Below, in pieces: positions 1 to 12,466 of a stretch of 64,000 bases of DNA. The stretch spans positions 1,736,001 through 1,800,000 of the forward strand of contig NC_135255.1 in assembly GCF_964204865.1 (NCBI RefSeq), read 5' to 3'. Made by a program: the position numbers and the translations under genes. The first letter of the stretch is position 1, and every line of letters starts with the position of its first letter. Below the pieces are notes generated by a model. It was not told where the DNA came from and searched no databases. It saw only the letters and a list, made by a program, of their open reading frames with translations. This DNA comes from Styela clava. Its lineage: Eukaryota.

Positions 1-96
1 CGAGTCTGGGCAAGCCTAGTGGAGCATATTATTACGTAACAAGAGCAAGTTTCGCCGCTACCGAGGTTTAGAAATGAACTAGCCGAATGTCGTGTC

Positions 97-1763
97 CAGT
101 GTTCCCTCTAAGAAAATTTCACACTGCGCAAATATTGTTTTTACTAAGCAAGACTATTTTAACGCTGAGCAGAATCCTAATTTATTCAAACTTTGTGAAA
201 TGTTACAATAGTAGCCTATTATTTATTATCGGAATGCGAAAAAAGCACACATTAAATTTAAATAGCTTCTTCTTGTTTTCGTTCTTTTCCAACGTTTATA
301 CACTTTGTCCATGTTTGTTGTGTTTATTGCTGAATCAGGCGACAATCATCCAAAGTACAATACTTGATGTACAATCTCGACATTTTTGTTGTTGAAATAT
401 CATTGCTTTCATCAAAATCAGAGTATGAAATTTTGCTTGTCTTATGCTCCGAATGATTTTTTTCCCTGGCGACAAAGTCTATGCTTATCAAAAATTTGAA
501 GCCATAATTTTTGCTTCACCATGAATGTGGCAATTTAGTGTATATTGACATGCGACTATTTATTAATTTGCGGGACAATATTGATGAATTCAGCTTAAAA
601 CGTGGTGGAACACGTTCTATGTGAGGCTTCATTTCACTTGATGGGGTTTTCAAAACTTCACTTTCTTCAGCGGTCGGTATTGCGGTGAAAAAGTTCGAAC
701 AACCTCCTCTTGCTTCCACGTTTCGCTTAATCGTTAATGCATCTAGTGCGTCAATGTGCTTTTTATATTATTCAAATGGCGTTTTAAATAATCAACTTCT
801 TATTCCCTCCCATGATTTTCTTTTTCCAAATCACTAACAGGTGCCACTTCCCGCCAAACTTTGTGGATTATCACATTCCTTGACGGGGAATAGCAATAAA
901 TTTCGCAAAGTTTAGCAGTTGTTTTAGCTTATGCATACCGGTATCAAGATTGCAAATTAAAGTCGAACACTTCACTGTTGTATTTAGCCATTCCATTTTA
1001 AAATGAATTTTCTTATTTTTAGCTTTACTTCCCTGAATAGACATTTCACACACAAACGTCAGATAAAGAAAACTAATATATTATTGGTTTTGGTTAATAT
1101 GCTGAATATGAAAACGCTTAAAACTTTTTTTTAGTAATTTCTGGTGAAACATACTCACAACATCGCTATATAACATCAGTATCATTCAGTATGAGCTCAT
1201 GGCCACGTGTGTACCAATCTAGATATTTAGGAGCCAACAGTGCTAGCACTCGCTTAAACTCAGCCCTTCTTCAAATTCCAACTAGTTTAGCCATATATTT
1301 ACGGTTTAGCCTAACCATACGGCTACGAGCAACCAACAAATTTCCTGTAACAAACAATGGGCATCAGCTTTGCAACATTTGATACCTTCTAAACCTTCCC
1401 ATATCTTCATCTGTTTGATTACACTACGAACAATAACAAGATTTAGCCGGGTCGACAACACGAAATTCAGAGCGCGCGATGAAAATTTTAAAAACCGACT
1501 CGCGCTGGCATACAAAAATCAAGGTATTCGTGACCAATGACATTAATGTTTAATGTCATTGTCGTGACAGACAGGTGTGTGAGATCACAATGACTAGTGT
1601 TTACCAGAATACGCGTGAAACATAAAACGAGCATTCTAGTTGAGCGTTGATAAAAATAATTTGAAAACGAAATGTTGCAACTGCGCGAGAATGAGATTTT
1701 ACTGAGCAAATGTTCTGGTGGTACTGCGCAATTGCGCGGTTGCGCAGCTTAGAGGGAACCTTG
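97..1763 (-). mobile_element. Internally degenerate hAT DNA transposon (non-Buster type)
   Basis: TIRs CAGTGTTCCCTCTAAG (97) and CTTAGAGGGAACCTTG (ends 1763); perfect 8-bp TSD GTCGTGTC at 89-96 and 1764-1771. A minus-strand remnant near 360-430 reads 'SDFDESNDISTTK..LYIKY', resembling the hAT first catalytic Asp motif (DESTDIS). Confidence 0.85.
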
Positions 1764-2954
1764 GTCGTGTCCTTGACTAACGAACGATCCCACAACAACT
1801 TCTGCAGTATGCGACAAGAGTAGGACAAATTTTATTCGCAACGGTAGCATTCTGGGGTCGACTCCTCTGCCGCCCTTGAAATTTTTGGAATAATGAAATA
1901 GTCGCTAATATCGCAGATTGTTTCGTCAGCGTGACGAATTATTTAATTCGTAAACACTTCCAAGTCGATGTTTGGTCCCCCTAAATCTCCAATTTTCCTC
2001 ATCCTATATATGCCTTGTGCCTCGAGGACGATGGTAATCACTTTTTTCTTGCACGGAAATGTGACACCAGTGACAAAGAGGAATTATTTTATAGACATCG
2101 CCGACGAGTGAATTTAAAAAAGTTAGTCTTGATTTAGGTGGTTCGAGCCAGATTACAAATACTTTTTTCTAGATTGTAAACTGAAAAATTCCGTGTGCCT
2201 GCACACATTTTAATTAGTTGACTCTCGAAACCATACAGTCACTGTAAATGGAAACAGTCAATTGTGAGCGCAATGTACCTTTTGATCAATTATAAAATTA
2301 CCGACGGGCATGACACGACTTGATGTATGAGTATAAACTAAATTCAATCAATTTTTCATTGTACTAAAATAGATTGTACTCCGCGGAATTTTATCGCAGA
2401 TGAGGAGATTTTTCTAATGATAATATATATCTTTAAAATAGAGTGGAGCAGGGACAGCTCAGATTTGTCGGGTTCACGAAATCGCAAAACACGATATAAT
2501 CTGGCACTTTACCACACATTTTTTATGTTTGCAGATTGCCCGTAGTATTGCAGTGTAATAGTGCTTTAATTTGTCGAAGCAAGCGCAGGTCAAATTGAAC
2601 ATAATTAAATTAATAAAACAAGACATTTGCACACAAAAAAGATCATTATCCGTTGAAAAAGTTGACTCTCTAGACCAGGGGCCCGCAACTACGGGGTCCT
2701 CCGAAGCCCTCCGCTGTGGGTCTAAAAAAAAAATTAAATCTGCCATAAATATGAGAATCGTATCAGTGTAGCGTATTTATGTATAACAACTTTATAAATC
2801 TCTGATTATATTTATGGATGTTTCCCCGAGTATACACTTCCTTATTTACTGCCGTAACATTGGCCAATCAGCATAAGTGCAAAATTTGACGTAACAATAA
2901 CATTCATTACGTAGTTGTTTGCATTGTTAATTGGCATTATCCTACTACGTAGAC

Positions 2955-3731
2955 CAGCCTTTCCCAAACTGTGTTCCGCGGAACACTAGTGTTCCGCGAG
3001 CGTCTCCGAAGTGTTCCTTGGAAAAGGAATCTTAAATACGTCTAAAATGGTCGCCATGGCGATCTAAAAATCGTGAGGTTGTCGCCCAACTGACCGTTCT
3101 ATATCGCGTCCTCGTCGGCCTAAAGTGAACTAACTAGGGTGGAGTAGTGGCATTTTCGTTAACCGTCGGCCTAGATTGTTGACTGTTAAGTTCATTATCA
3201 AGTTATTACAATGCTTTTGATTTTGTTATAGGCAAACAAGTAGGTTTAAAAAATAAAGGCGAAAGGTCAACTGTTCTTCCTCCATCTCTGCCTGGTTTTA
3301 CTTTGAAATGCTGAAAAAATTAATCATTTTCGGTAAACTCTATTCAGAAGATAAATAAACGGCAGGTCCGCGAAATTGCGGAAAGTACTTTTATTTCCAT
3401 TAGACGTAACATTAGAGGCAAACACTACGTAATGGAAAGTAAACGCCATAGGAATGGTAAAATGAATGAATTTATTCATATACACAGCATTTAAACTAAG
3501 AAACAATAAAACAGTTATAATAAATGCAATATGTAAAATATTCAATCATATTTTAAGTATGTTTAACACAATTATGTTAGTTTTCGCGGCGCATTCAGCA
3601 ACTCCGCTACATTGGGAACCGCTACATCACACCGGTTTTCTCTATCAATTTACTGTTTCATTTTTTGGTGTTCTGCGAGGCGAGATCAAAAGTGTAGGTG
3701 TTCCGTGGCCGAAAAAGTTCGGGAAACGCTG
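2955..3731. mobile_element. hAT (Buster-type) MITE
   Basis: TIRs CAGCCTTTCCCAAACT / AGTTCGGGAAACGCTG; perfect 8-bp TSD ACGTAGAC (2947-2954, 3732-3739). It is inserted into the 5' part of an older hAT that starts at 2676; the flanks resemble 13948-14005. Confidence 0.9.
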
Positions 3732-3959
3732 ACGTAGACAATTTTGTTCGCAACATCTTTTGCAGTGGTTTAATACATATTTTTCTGAGAACACAACACA
3801 ACGCCACAACACGAATGGATATTATCACGTTTCACAGTATCAAATATACAACATCTATCATCAGATTTGATTGAAGCATTGGATAACTTGTCAAGTGATC
3901 GCGGGTTGAAGATCGCATTAGATGGTATTATAGCATATATAATTGGTAAATGAATGTGA

Positions 3960-4871
3960 TGTCACCGTATATTGCTATTTCATAGATCGTCTCAGAACTG
4001 CCAGTCGCCCGTTCACCCTTCAGATTCAATGCCCACATTCATGAAGAAACTTTGGAAAACTCTGTTTGATTTTATTCTCAGATTTCCACAATACACAGAA
4101 TACAAATCTTAAAACATTTATCCGGACTAGCTTAGAATCATTTAGGTATGAGCGAAAATTTCTCTATTATTCGGAATAGAGTGCGTAATTTACCGTATTC
4201 GGTTAAAACAGTCCATATAGTTCATTGTTTTCATCAGTTCGTTTTTTGATTAGATTTTTCACCTCGAACATATATCACGTTCTAAAAGAGTTCATTTCGA
4301 TTGTTCGACAACACAGTCCATATTCGTAATTTTAACGTTTCCAGAGTCCGTTACCATAGTTCAACGGTTTTCAATTTAGTTCATAGTTTCGCCATGTTTT
4401 TGATTGTTCTGGCTTGCCATCGTTTTTTTCACTTCCAGAAACGTTGTATATATTGTGTTACTTTGCAAAATATTTGTTTCTTGACCTCAATCCTCTTTTT
4501 TGTTGTACGATTCGTCGATTGTTGTGAGCTGCTTTTGCGCGGTCACTTTGTCAGCGTGGTTAATTGATTTCCCAAATTGTTGATTGCAGATGGTTGTTGA
4601 GATACCTTTATTGATTGCCTTGATGCCTTTGCACGATGTTGACTACAAAAAAGAAAGTGGCGTGTTCTTCGTCGGCGTTACCAAATATAATGGATATTGC
4701 TAATTCGTGGACTGTCGCGGAACTGCCAGTCGCCCGTTCACCCTTCAGATTCAATGCCCACATTAATGAAGAAACTTTAGAAAACTCTGTTTGATTTTAT
4801 TCTCAAATTTTCACAATACACAGAATACAAATCTTAAAACATTTATCTAGACTAGATTAGAATCATTTACA
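3960..4871 (-). mobile_element. Small non-autonomous LTR retroelement relic (TRIM-like, Gypsy-type PBS)
   Basis: ~180-bp direct repeats at ~3960-4144 and ~4686-4871. The minus-strand repeat starts TGTAAATG and contains AATAAA. It is followed by TGGTAACGCCGACG (plus 4670-4683), a 12/14 match to the tRNA-Trp PBS TGGTGACCCCGACG. No TSD or PPT is evident. Confidence 0.65.
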
Positions 4872-5224
4872 TCCTAAATATCGAAAGATATCGAGTCGTA
4901 TTTATACGTCGAGCATACATCTAATTAAATACCGTAAACGTGAGCTCGTGATTCACGTTATAAACAGAAACTCCTATTATCTCAATATGGGTAATTGTGA
5001 AAATCGTACGGATGGGAACTTACATATTATTATTTAAATCAGTACCTAAAGGTCTTGAGAATATAAATTTTATTTGATAATGACAGGACGCAACTTATGT
5101 CCCTAAAACTGGTGTAATTTGATTCTTACGAAAGTCTTTGTTCGAATTTTGGGAAAAATTAACTTTGTTTTGATAATTTCAACATGAAATGGGGTACATT
5201 TGGGGCTTAATTGCTATAATGGCA

Positions 5225-5322
5225 AAAGAAGTTTAGCTGAATTTCGGATTTCAATTGCAAAAGAATATCCGGATATCAGCTGCTGCAATGAATGTTCCGT
5301 TGCCATTCGGAACTACCGAATC
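5225..5322 (+). pseudogene. hAT transposase C-terminal (dimerization domain) fragment
   Basis: Frameshifted translation 'SLAEFRISIAKEYPDIS..AAMNVPLPFGTT' resembles the Buster/Charlie FW..EYP...LLPFxTTYLCE motif. Confidence 0.55.
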
Positions 5323-5958
5323 AAGAACAACATAATAACAAAACCATTCATAGGTCCAGTCCGTGTTCAATAGCTACCCAAAGTAAATGAACTGGCAATA
5401 AGCGAAGGGACGCGTTGACCGGCGTTGTAACGCTAGCTGCGATGTGCAATCATCTCGTGTTATATGGATTATTTTTTTGAGAAAAACCAAAACATATTTT
5501 CCCAAATTGCTTCGAATACCATCTGGAACATATATCGAAAATTTTATTTTCATTTACACTCGTGTGGTAAATCATGCAGAGAAGTAGGCAGAATGAGAGG
5601 CAATGGAAAAGAGTAAATTAGATAGATCATGATACATCTAGGTTAACTTGGTGGCTTATATATATAGAGAGAGAGAGACTGATGAATGTTCAAAAATTAA
5701 TATCATTATAAATCCATTCTAACAATTTCACTTAAATTATATATTAAAGCTATTATGGACTCCTTAAGCACAAAGTATCTTGGAATTATTTACAAGTTAA
5801 ACTAACTTTCGGAATGAAAACTCAGAATACAGAACTTTTCTAATATAAATTTGTTCAGTGTCAGAGTTGATGTTTAGAATCTTCTTGAAAACAATGAGGA
5901 TAATAAAAGAAGAATAAAAGCTGTTGGGAGTTTTGTCAAGGTGAAATTATGCACTATA

Positions 5959-6698
5959 CGGGGTGGGCGGGTGGCCAACCTGTTTTCTACTGAGATCGAC
6001 TGAAATCTTCGTAACATTCAGTAACACAAAAAAATGGACGAGTACTAAATTTGTAGCCTATCGTCGACGAGAATCTCCAAATGCGTCAGAAACAAACGGG
6101 AGTTATGGATTGGATAAAATTCAGTTTGGTTTGTGTATTACTACAGAGTCAGACCAATGAGACTCGCATTAAAAACACAAACAATTAAATTAGTAAGATA
6201 AGTGCGGTAAAAATTAAAATAACAAACTGACAGAAATGTTAAAATAAATATTATGACGTGTTTCAGGGAACTAAATGAAACCAGCAAAAATTTTGCTTAA
6301 ATACGGGGTTCCGTAAAAAAATATAAGTAACAGATTTCTTATAGCATCATGAGTATGGTTACTGTTGGGGTTCATTGTAGTCTGCGTCGACAAAATTGTA
6401 TCAAAAAAATTTGATGGTAGGGAGAGCCATGCGTTTTCTAGTCAAGACATCATTTGAAAAGTAAAGTTACAAATGGAGGTAGTGCACGATGCATAATTGC
6501 TCAAACCTTCTGGTTCACTCGGAATTGATAGATAAATTTAAAACATCCTACGGTTTCACTAATGCCTAAGTTACATTTAAAGTGAAATATTCAAGCCCTG
6601 TTTGAAATTCATTGGATGCAAATTTTTGCAGTAAATTAACCAAATATGCGGGATTGAACCACTCAAGATACGGCGATCGATCACGTTGGCCACCTCTG
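5959..6698. mobile_element. hAT MITE just downstream of the FBXW5 stop codon
   Basis: Inverted ends GGGTGGCCAACCTG..GATCGAC and GATCGATCACGTTGGCCACCTCTG; flanking duplication CACTATA[C/A]. Confidence 0.65.
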
Positions 6699-6782
6699 CA
6701 CTATAAATAATATAAGGTAACCTTGTCATTGAATTGAATGATACTATTCTGCATTCCTACACTTCAGACCTATGTATTTCTG

Positions 6783-8840
6783 TCAGGAACATGACACAGA
6801 CTTCATACGACCTTTTGCTCTTGCGCTGCTCAATAGTCTATGAAATGACTTTGATCGCCATATTTTGATTGAATTATCATCACTTACACTCACAGCCATG
6901 CTGGGATCACGAGGGTTCAAAGCAACACAATTAACAACATCCACATGTTTGAATGTGGAGAGCAAAACTCCGTAATATCTATCCCACAGGTAACCTTTGA
7001 GATTTTCTGATCCACTAGAAACATACAAATCATTACATGAAATATGAAGAAAAAATACATCACTGAAAGCTTCATGTCCTTCAAATGTAGCAATTTCCTC
7101 CATTGAAATCAGGTCTATTAAACCCATAGTAACTTTCGATGAAATATCCCGAGCCCAATGCCGAGGTGGAACTTCTTCATCCCATTTACGTACATTCACA
7201 TACAAGTATCTTCCGCAAGGAGTTATTGACATACCCACCAACTGACCACCCATTTCGATAACATGGTCCCAGTTGTCAGATCGGACTTGAGGTCTCCCTT
7301 GTAGATTAATCGAATCAGACTCAAACTTTTGCCGAATGACATCAGTACACTCTTCTTGCTCAATTCTTTTGATTCCGATTTGATGAGGAACATTGAAGTC
7401 GTTTCCAGTAAAACATAAAAGTAGTTTATAATGTGAGGGTGAATTAATAGGCTGCGAAGCTTCATCTCCGGTTGTCACTTCTGTTGATTCACTATCATCT
7501 CTGTCTAGTTCATCATCTGTCAGCTGAGGACTTGCTGTTTCAGAAAATAGATTGCTGCTGTCTGTTTCATTTTCAAAATCAGTGATACATCGCTTAACAG
7601 AAGGAAGCAAAACAGACGATTCCTCCTCTGTATTCAATGATGTGTGATCATGAGAGACAACACTACTATCAAGCTTTATCTTTTTACAATTGCTAAATGT
7701 TCCTTCATATATATCATTGGTGACTCTTGCACTGCAAGATAGAACATTTTCATCACATCTGTCAACAATTTTATCACTTTCTGATGGAACGTTGTTTTTG
7801 TCCAAAGAAATTCTCACAGTGATTGAAGACACAGTTTCTAATGGAGTGGACGCTTCATGATTTTTGCAGGCATTCATTGATGATTCTGCTTCCTTAATGT
7901 ATTCTTTATGTTTGCCAAATGCTTTCATGTGCATATCATGTATTTTTCCTTGGTAACAATCATTAGATACAGCCCTATAAACTTGTGATATAACCTTTTT
8001 CATATCAGCCACTTGAAGATAACTCACAGTGTTGTCATTTTCACAAGCAAACATATATGCACGCGTTACCGTCGAATGCATTAGGTTTTCTATTTCCTGA
8101 CTCGATTTGTTAAGAAGGACTTCACACAGACATTGGCGACGGGCTGCTAGCAAATGAGCTCTTGCAGACAAGATATGTGTTTCATTAAGCCAAGTTCCCA
8201 TTACATCAAATGGCTTTATTCTCACCCTTGCCTGTAGAGTGAACTCTTTAATAAAAATATTATATATAATTATTTCTCCTCCTTGTTGAGAGCCTTCACA
8301 TCTTCCAGAAACTAGAAGTTGAGTATCGCTGCTACTAAATTGTGAATATTGAGTATAAAGCCACCTAAATTGGGAACTTCTCCCTAAATGTTCATTGAAG
8401 ATTGTGTCAAATGGCCAGTCTGCACTGAACACCTTGACTGATGCATCTTTTGAACATGTACAAAACATCATACCATTATTTGAAAAAGCTACATGTAAAA
8501 CTTCATCATCATGCTCAAGAATTCTTTCGAATTCTACACTAGGAACAAGATCTACCATTCTCTGATATTCTGATTTCCACGACATTCCATTAGGTCTTAA
8601 ATCCATTTCACCTATCTTGAAGTCAAGGCGAAATCTTCTTTGCCACAGAAAATTTAAATTTCCGATCTCAAACCATCTTTTACAAGCTAGCGAGCAGCAT
8701 CCAAGATCTTTGTAGCCCAATAATTTAAAAATTTGAATAAGTGGTTCTGTAGGAAGATATTTCCAACCATGGTGCAAATTTTCAAATTTATTTTTGTTGC
8801 AGTTTCCAGATTTCTGCTGGAAATATTGGTCTGTACCCAT
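6783..8840 (-). CDS. FBXW5: F-box/WD repeat-containing protein 5 (SCF/CRL substrate receptor), ~685 aa, single coding exon
   Basis: Uninterrupted ORF; first ATG at 8840 (the ORF track start at 8852 is a TTG). N-terminal F-box (LPTEPLIQIF...CSLACKRW). WD40 motifs typical of FBXW5: HDDEVLHVAFSNNGMMFCTCSKD, YSQFSSSDTQLLVSG, HQIGIK, RYLYVNVRKW, SGSEN..GYLWDRYY, HVDVVNCVALNP...SVSDDNSIKIWRS. Confidence 0.93.
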   Translation of the reverse strand: MGTDQYFQQKSGNCNKNKFENLHHGWKYLPTEPLIQIFKLLGYKDLGCCSLACKRWFEIGNLNFLWQRRFRLDFKIGEMDLRPNGMSWKSEYQRMVDLVPSVEFERILEHDDEVLHVAFSNNGMMFCTCSKDASVKVFSADWPFDTIFNEHLGRSSQFRWLYTQYSQFSSSDTQLLVSGRCEGSQQGGEIIIYNIFIKEFTLQARVRIKPFDVMGTWLNETHILSARAHLLAARRQCLCEVLLNKSSQEIENLMHSTVTRAYMFACENDNTVSYLQVADMKKVISQVYRAVSNDCYQGKIHDMHMKAFGKHKEYIKEAESSMNACKNHEASTPLETVSSITVRISLDKNNVPSESDKIVDRCDENVLSCSARVTNDIYEGTFSNCKKIKLDSSVVSHDHTSLNTEEESSVLLPSVKRCITDFENETDSSNLFSETASPQLTDDELDRDDSESTEVTTGDEASQPINSPSHYKLLLCFTGNDFNVPHQIGIKRIEQEECTDVIRQKFESDSINLQGRPQVRSDNWDHVIEMGGQLVGMSITPCGRYLYVNVRKWDEEVPPRHWARDISSKVTMGLIDLISMEEIATFEGHEAFSDVFFLHISCNDLYVSSGSENLKGYLWDRYYGVLLSTFKHVDVVNCVALNPRDPSMAVSVSDDNSIKIWRSKSFHRLLSSARAKGRMKSVSCS

Positions 8841-9020
8841 TTTTGTCTTCAAACTTTAGAAGTCTGCAGACATCACAAATTTAGGTCAGATTTATTTCAT
8901 TTACAACATATTACGCTAAGAAAGCAACATATTCACGTGTAACATTTTTACTTAGGCTACATAGTTTATTCATTAAAACAAATGTTTAAACCTTACCGGT
9001 ACTGCCTCAACCTGTCACTC

Positions 9021-9337
9021 AAGCGTTAGGAATACACTCACCACCGTACCTCTAATTACTCTGCGTGGGTTCGCAGGTTCGAATCCCATGCAGGGATGGT
9101 TATGTGCGAGAGTATTGCTGGACTCCTTGCCGTCGTTGGGTGGTTCACGTAACCGCTGGTCGGTTACGGCTTCCTCCACCACCAAGTCCATGCCTCCGAA
9201 AACAAACAATATAACTATTCGCTTCCCTGACTTGGAATGGTAACCGGACGAGAGGCCGCGGTTCGCCATACTGCCATATGGATAAGCCGTCTTATCGCCT
9301 TTCCTCTCCCCCGGGATAAATATGTAAATCCTATCCT
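9021..9337 (+). mobile_element. tRNA-derived SINE, 5'-truncated copy
   Basis: B box GGTTCGAATCC; high similarity to the copies at 9376 and 25568; ATCCTATCCT tail. Confidence 0.88.
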
Positions 9338-9375
9338 AAGATTTATTATATGTATGCGGACATTGGAATATCATT

Positions 9376-9713
9376 CGCGGTGGTTATGGCTCATCGTGCT
9401 AAGAGTTAGGAATACGCTCGCCACCGCACCTCTGATTACTCTGCGTGAGTTCGCAGGTTCGAATCCCATGCGGGGTTGATTATGTGCGAGAAAATTGCTG
9501 GACTCCTCGCCGCCATAGGGTGGTTCACGTAATCGCTGGTCGGTTATGTCTTGGTCCACTATCTGACCATCAAGTCCATGCTTCCGAAAAACAAATAACT
9601 AACTCATCCTGTACCCAACATGGAATGGTAACGGACGAGAGGCCGTGGTTCGCCACATGGTTAAGCCGCCTTATCGCCTTTCCTCTCCTCCAGGATAAAT
9701 ATGTGAATCCTAT
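9376..9713 (+). mobile_element. tRNA-derived SINE, near full length
   Basis: A-box-like TGGCTCATCGTG, B box GGTTCGAATCC, same body and tail as the other copies; tandem with the previous copy. Confidence 0.88.
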
Positions 9714-10269
9714 TCACTTAGTACAGCTGTACAGTAGTGAAGTCCAAATAAAAACCTAATTTCACAGGCACAAATATGGGATAGTCATATTGTGCTTCAA
9801 CTACATAAGATATTAGAGAATATGTATTGCTATATAGAGTTACACTCAATTATATTTACCTATTACAGTAATTTATGTTCGCAAACAACACCGGATGTAT
9901 ACCGGTACGGTACTACTATGTTAGACCTATGTTTTAATGAGGAATATTGTTGTTAATATAATGACATTATATAACTTAAGTAATTTGAAGACATGTTCAT
10001 ATAATAACATATTTGTAGAACTTCTTAACATTTTGAATAGTCTAAAAATTGATCCCAAAGTAAAATGGCAGAAAAACGATGAAAATCCCATCATTTTCAC
10101 GATGGATGGGAGGTGGATATATTTTTACGTCTCATTTGTGGGGCGATTGTAGCGACGGCAAAGCAAAGAGATATTTCACATCTTGTCGCGCAATCTACCG
10201 CGCTAACTATCCACTCACTGGTCAGCGCAGTACAGACAGAAAAAGTTGGCAATTCAAATCATACAGCAA

Positions 10270-10725
10270 TTCTATTTCTATTACGAGACCATTGTTTGGT
10301 TCAACCTATCTTTGTGAATCAACATTTTTGACATAAACTCAGGATAGGATTTACCTATTTATCTCGGGAGAAGATAGTCGATAAGACGGCTTAACCATAT
10401 GGCGCACAACGACCTCTCGTCGGTTTACCATTTCATGTCATGTATAGGATTAGTTAGTTATTAGTTTTCAGAAGCATGGACTTGATGGCGAAGGAAGCCG
10501 TAATCGACCAGCGGTAACGTGAACCACCCAACGGCGGCGAGAAGTCTAGCATACCTCTCACGCATAACTAACCTGCGAACCTAACGCTTAGCACGATGGG
10601 CCACACCGCCGCGACTCACTCCACCAGGAACAAACACGGAAAAAGCCTCACTGATGAAAATCGGCAAGACTCGCTCAGAGTTACAGTGTCAAGTTACACG
10701 TCGCAGTACAACACTCTGCTTACGC
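10270..10725 (+). pseudogene. hAT transposase C-terminal fragment split by a SINE
   Basis: 'LFGSTYLCESTF' before the SINE and 'KSLTDENRQDSLRVTVSSY' after it together form the hAT dimerization-domain motif (GTF2IRD2/SPIN-like). Confidence 0.65.
10341..10613 (-). mobile_element. tRNA-derived SINE with internal deletions
   Basis: Reverse-complement match to the family; B box deleted; AGGAT tail; short flanking duplication ACTC(A). Confidence 0.85.
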
Positions 10726-12126
10726 TAGTTTCCCGCCGGTATTTTTACAATGAATAAAAAGTGCCTCGCTCGCACAATTGACAAAATTAAATAAACAATA
10801 TGTAATTTTAATCTTTCTTCATGAAACAAGACATTTGTCTTCCGCTATTTGTCATTACGGCTGAATAACACGTCACGCTGCCGAAAATAATCGGCTATTT
10901 TAATAACAACATTAGCGCTGTGAAAATCGTCAATTGTGCGTTTTCACGGCGATTGTTGGTCTCGGATGGTTGGTCTTGATGTTTCTTCCATATCTATAAT
11001 CGAGAGCAATTCTATAATCGAGAGCAATTATGACGTGTGGAATTTAGAAATCGCCTACGTTTTACTCCATCACCCTTCAAAAAGCACAAAACTGTAATAT
11101 CACTCTTCAATGAGCACAAAAACGAGACTTAACGCACCGCTGCGCACAATTCGAAGAAGGTTTGCTACTAGCTTCACAGTGGTTACCGTAGTAGTATATA
11201 TTTACGGTTACACATTACGCTTGAGCGATGCGTTATGGTATTCTCTCCACGCGATATTGTGGCGCGTCGTGTAGTCCTCAGCTATCTGACTGTAGCCGAT
11301 GTCTAATGGGGATGTAGCTTGTCGGACTGATATGATATCGTTATTTATTGTTCGAAGATCTTAAGCTATTATTCGCTATTATTCACAATTTTTTGTGCTA
11401 AGTTCCATATAATTTTGTGGAAGAAAAATGCTAGCGTCGACAATAGTCTTAAAATCAATACCTAATTACATGTTTACCAAATGCTTGGGTCGCAAGAAGT
11501 TAAAAAAAATATATTTTGGGTCGCGCTAAAAAGTAGTTGCGGCCCCCTGGTCTATACTGTGACAGATTGCATACCAATACTAATTCGTTTTCGTCTTGAT
11601 ATATTTGATTATCACTCACTTGTTTACATTTATTATTGAAGAGCGATCGGTCTGCATTCCGACGAGATGCATTAGTACGTTTTTATTCATATTTTACACT
11701 ACAGGGTTAGGTGACATCCTATGCCAGGGGTGGGCAATTTACGGTCCGCGGGCCGGATCCTGCCCACTGGAATGTTTCGTCCCGCCCACTTGTTCCTGCT
11801 GGAATTATGACTATAGTTTTCGTGGATAACTGGATATAAATTTCCGTTGAAAATATCGAAAAATTAACAAATCGTATACCGTAATTCCCCTCGTATTATC
11901 AGCACCTGAATATAACCATCCGAATTATTTATATCATCCAAAAACCCTGGAGCCTGATATATCAGCGTTTAGACCTGCCCATTTTTTTTTCATTTCCGCA
12001 ACACATGTTCTTTACTTTTACCCGGTACATCAATTTCAGTACTTAAATCCAATTATTCTGCCTCCCATCACTTGCTAATCTTTCAATGTTATTACTGCAC
12101 CCCCTGCTGCAAATACATACCTATTG

Positions 12127-12466
12127 CAGGGTGGTCCAAGGTTATCGGCCTCGAGGGCCACACTAATATTTTTGTATTATTCGCGGGCCACAATATTGCC
12201 AAGAATAGGCAAACAGTGCAAAACAAAGCAAACACACAGCAGTTAATAATTTAGACTAGCCAAGCACATTATTCAACTACGCTAGTCTCAGCTAGCCATT
12301 AAATTAGTCGATTCAGTGACATTAGTGATGTAGCAATATGTCAAAAGATTTTTCTGGCTATTTTTATGACGAAACGACACCAAATGAGATTTTTTTGTTT
12401 ACCCTGCCGGAAATGCGACGCGGAACATAGATAATGAAGCGACGGGTCTGGGTCTGGACCACCCTG
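12127..12466. mobile_element. hAT (Buster-type) MITE
   Basis: TIRs CAGGGTGGTCCA / TGGACCACCCTG; perfect TSD ACCTATTG (12119-12126, 12467-12474). Confidence 0.88.

Noticed and set aside
9015-9759. Similar short ORFs (MANRGLSSGYHSKSG..., also 25639-25953) as a small gene family or tRNA genes
   Set aside because: They are translations of SINE copies; the tRNA-like head lacks a complete acceptor stem and a normal anticodon loop.
2676-11549. FBXW5 captured inside one large hAT element (TIR-like CAGGGGCCCGCAACT at 2676 and AGTTGCGGCCCCCTG ending 11549)
   Set aside because: The flanks CTCTAGAC and GTCTATAC match only 6/8, which the shared target preference explains. The two internal transposase fragments cover the same motif and look like different families, so separate relics are more likely.
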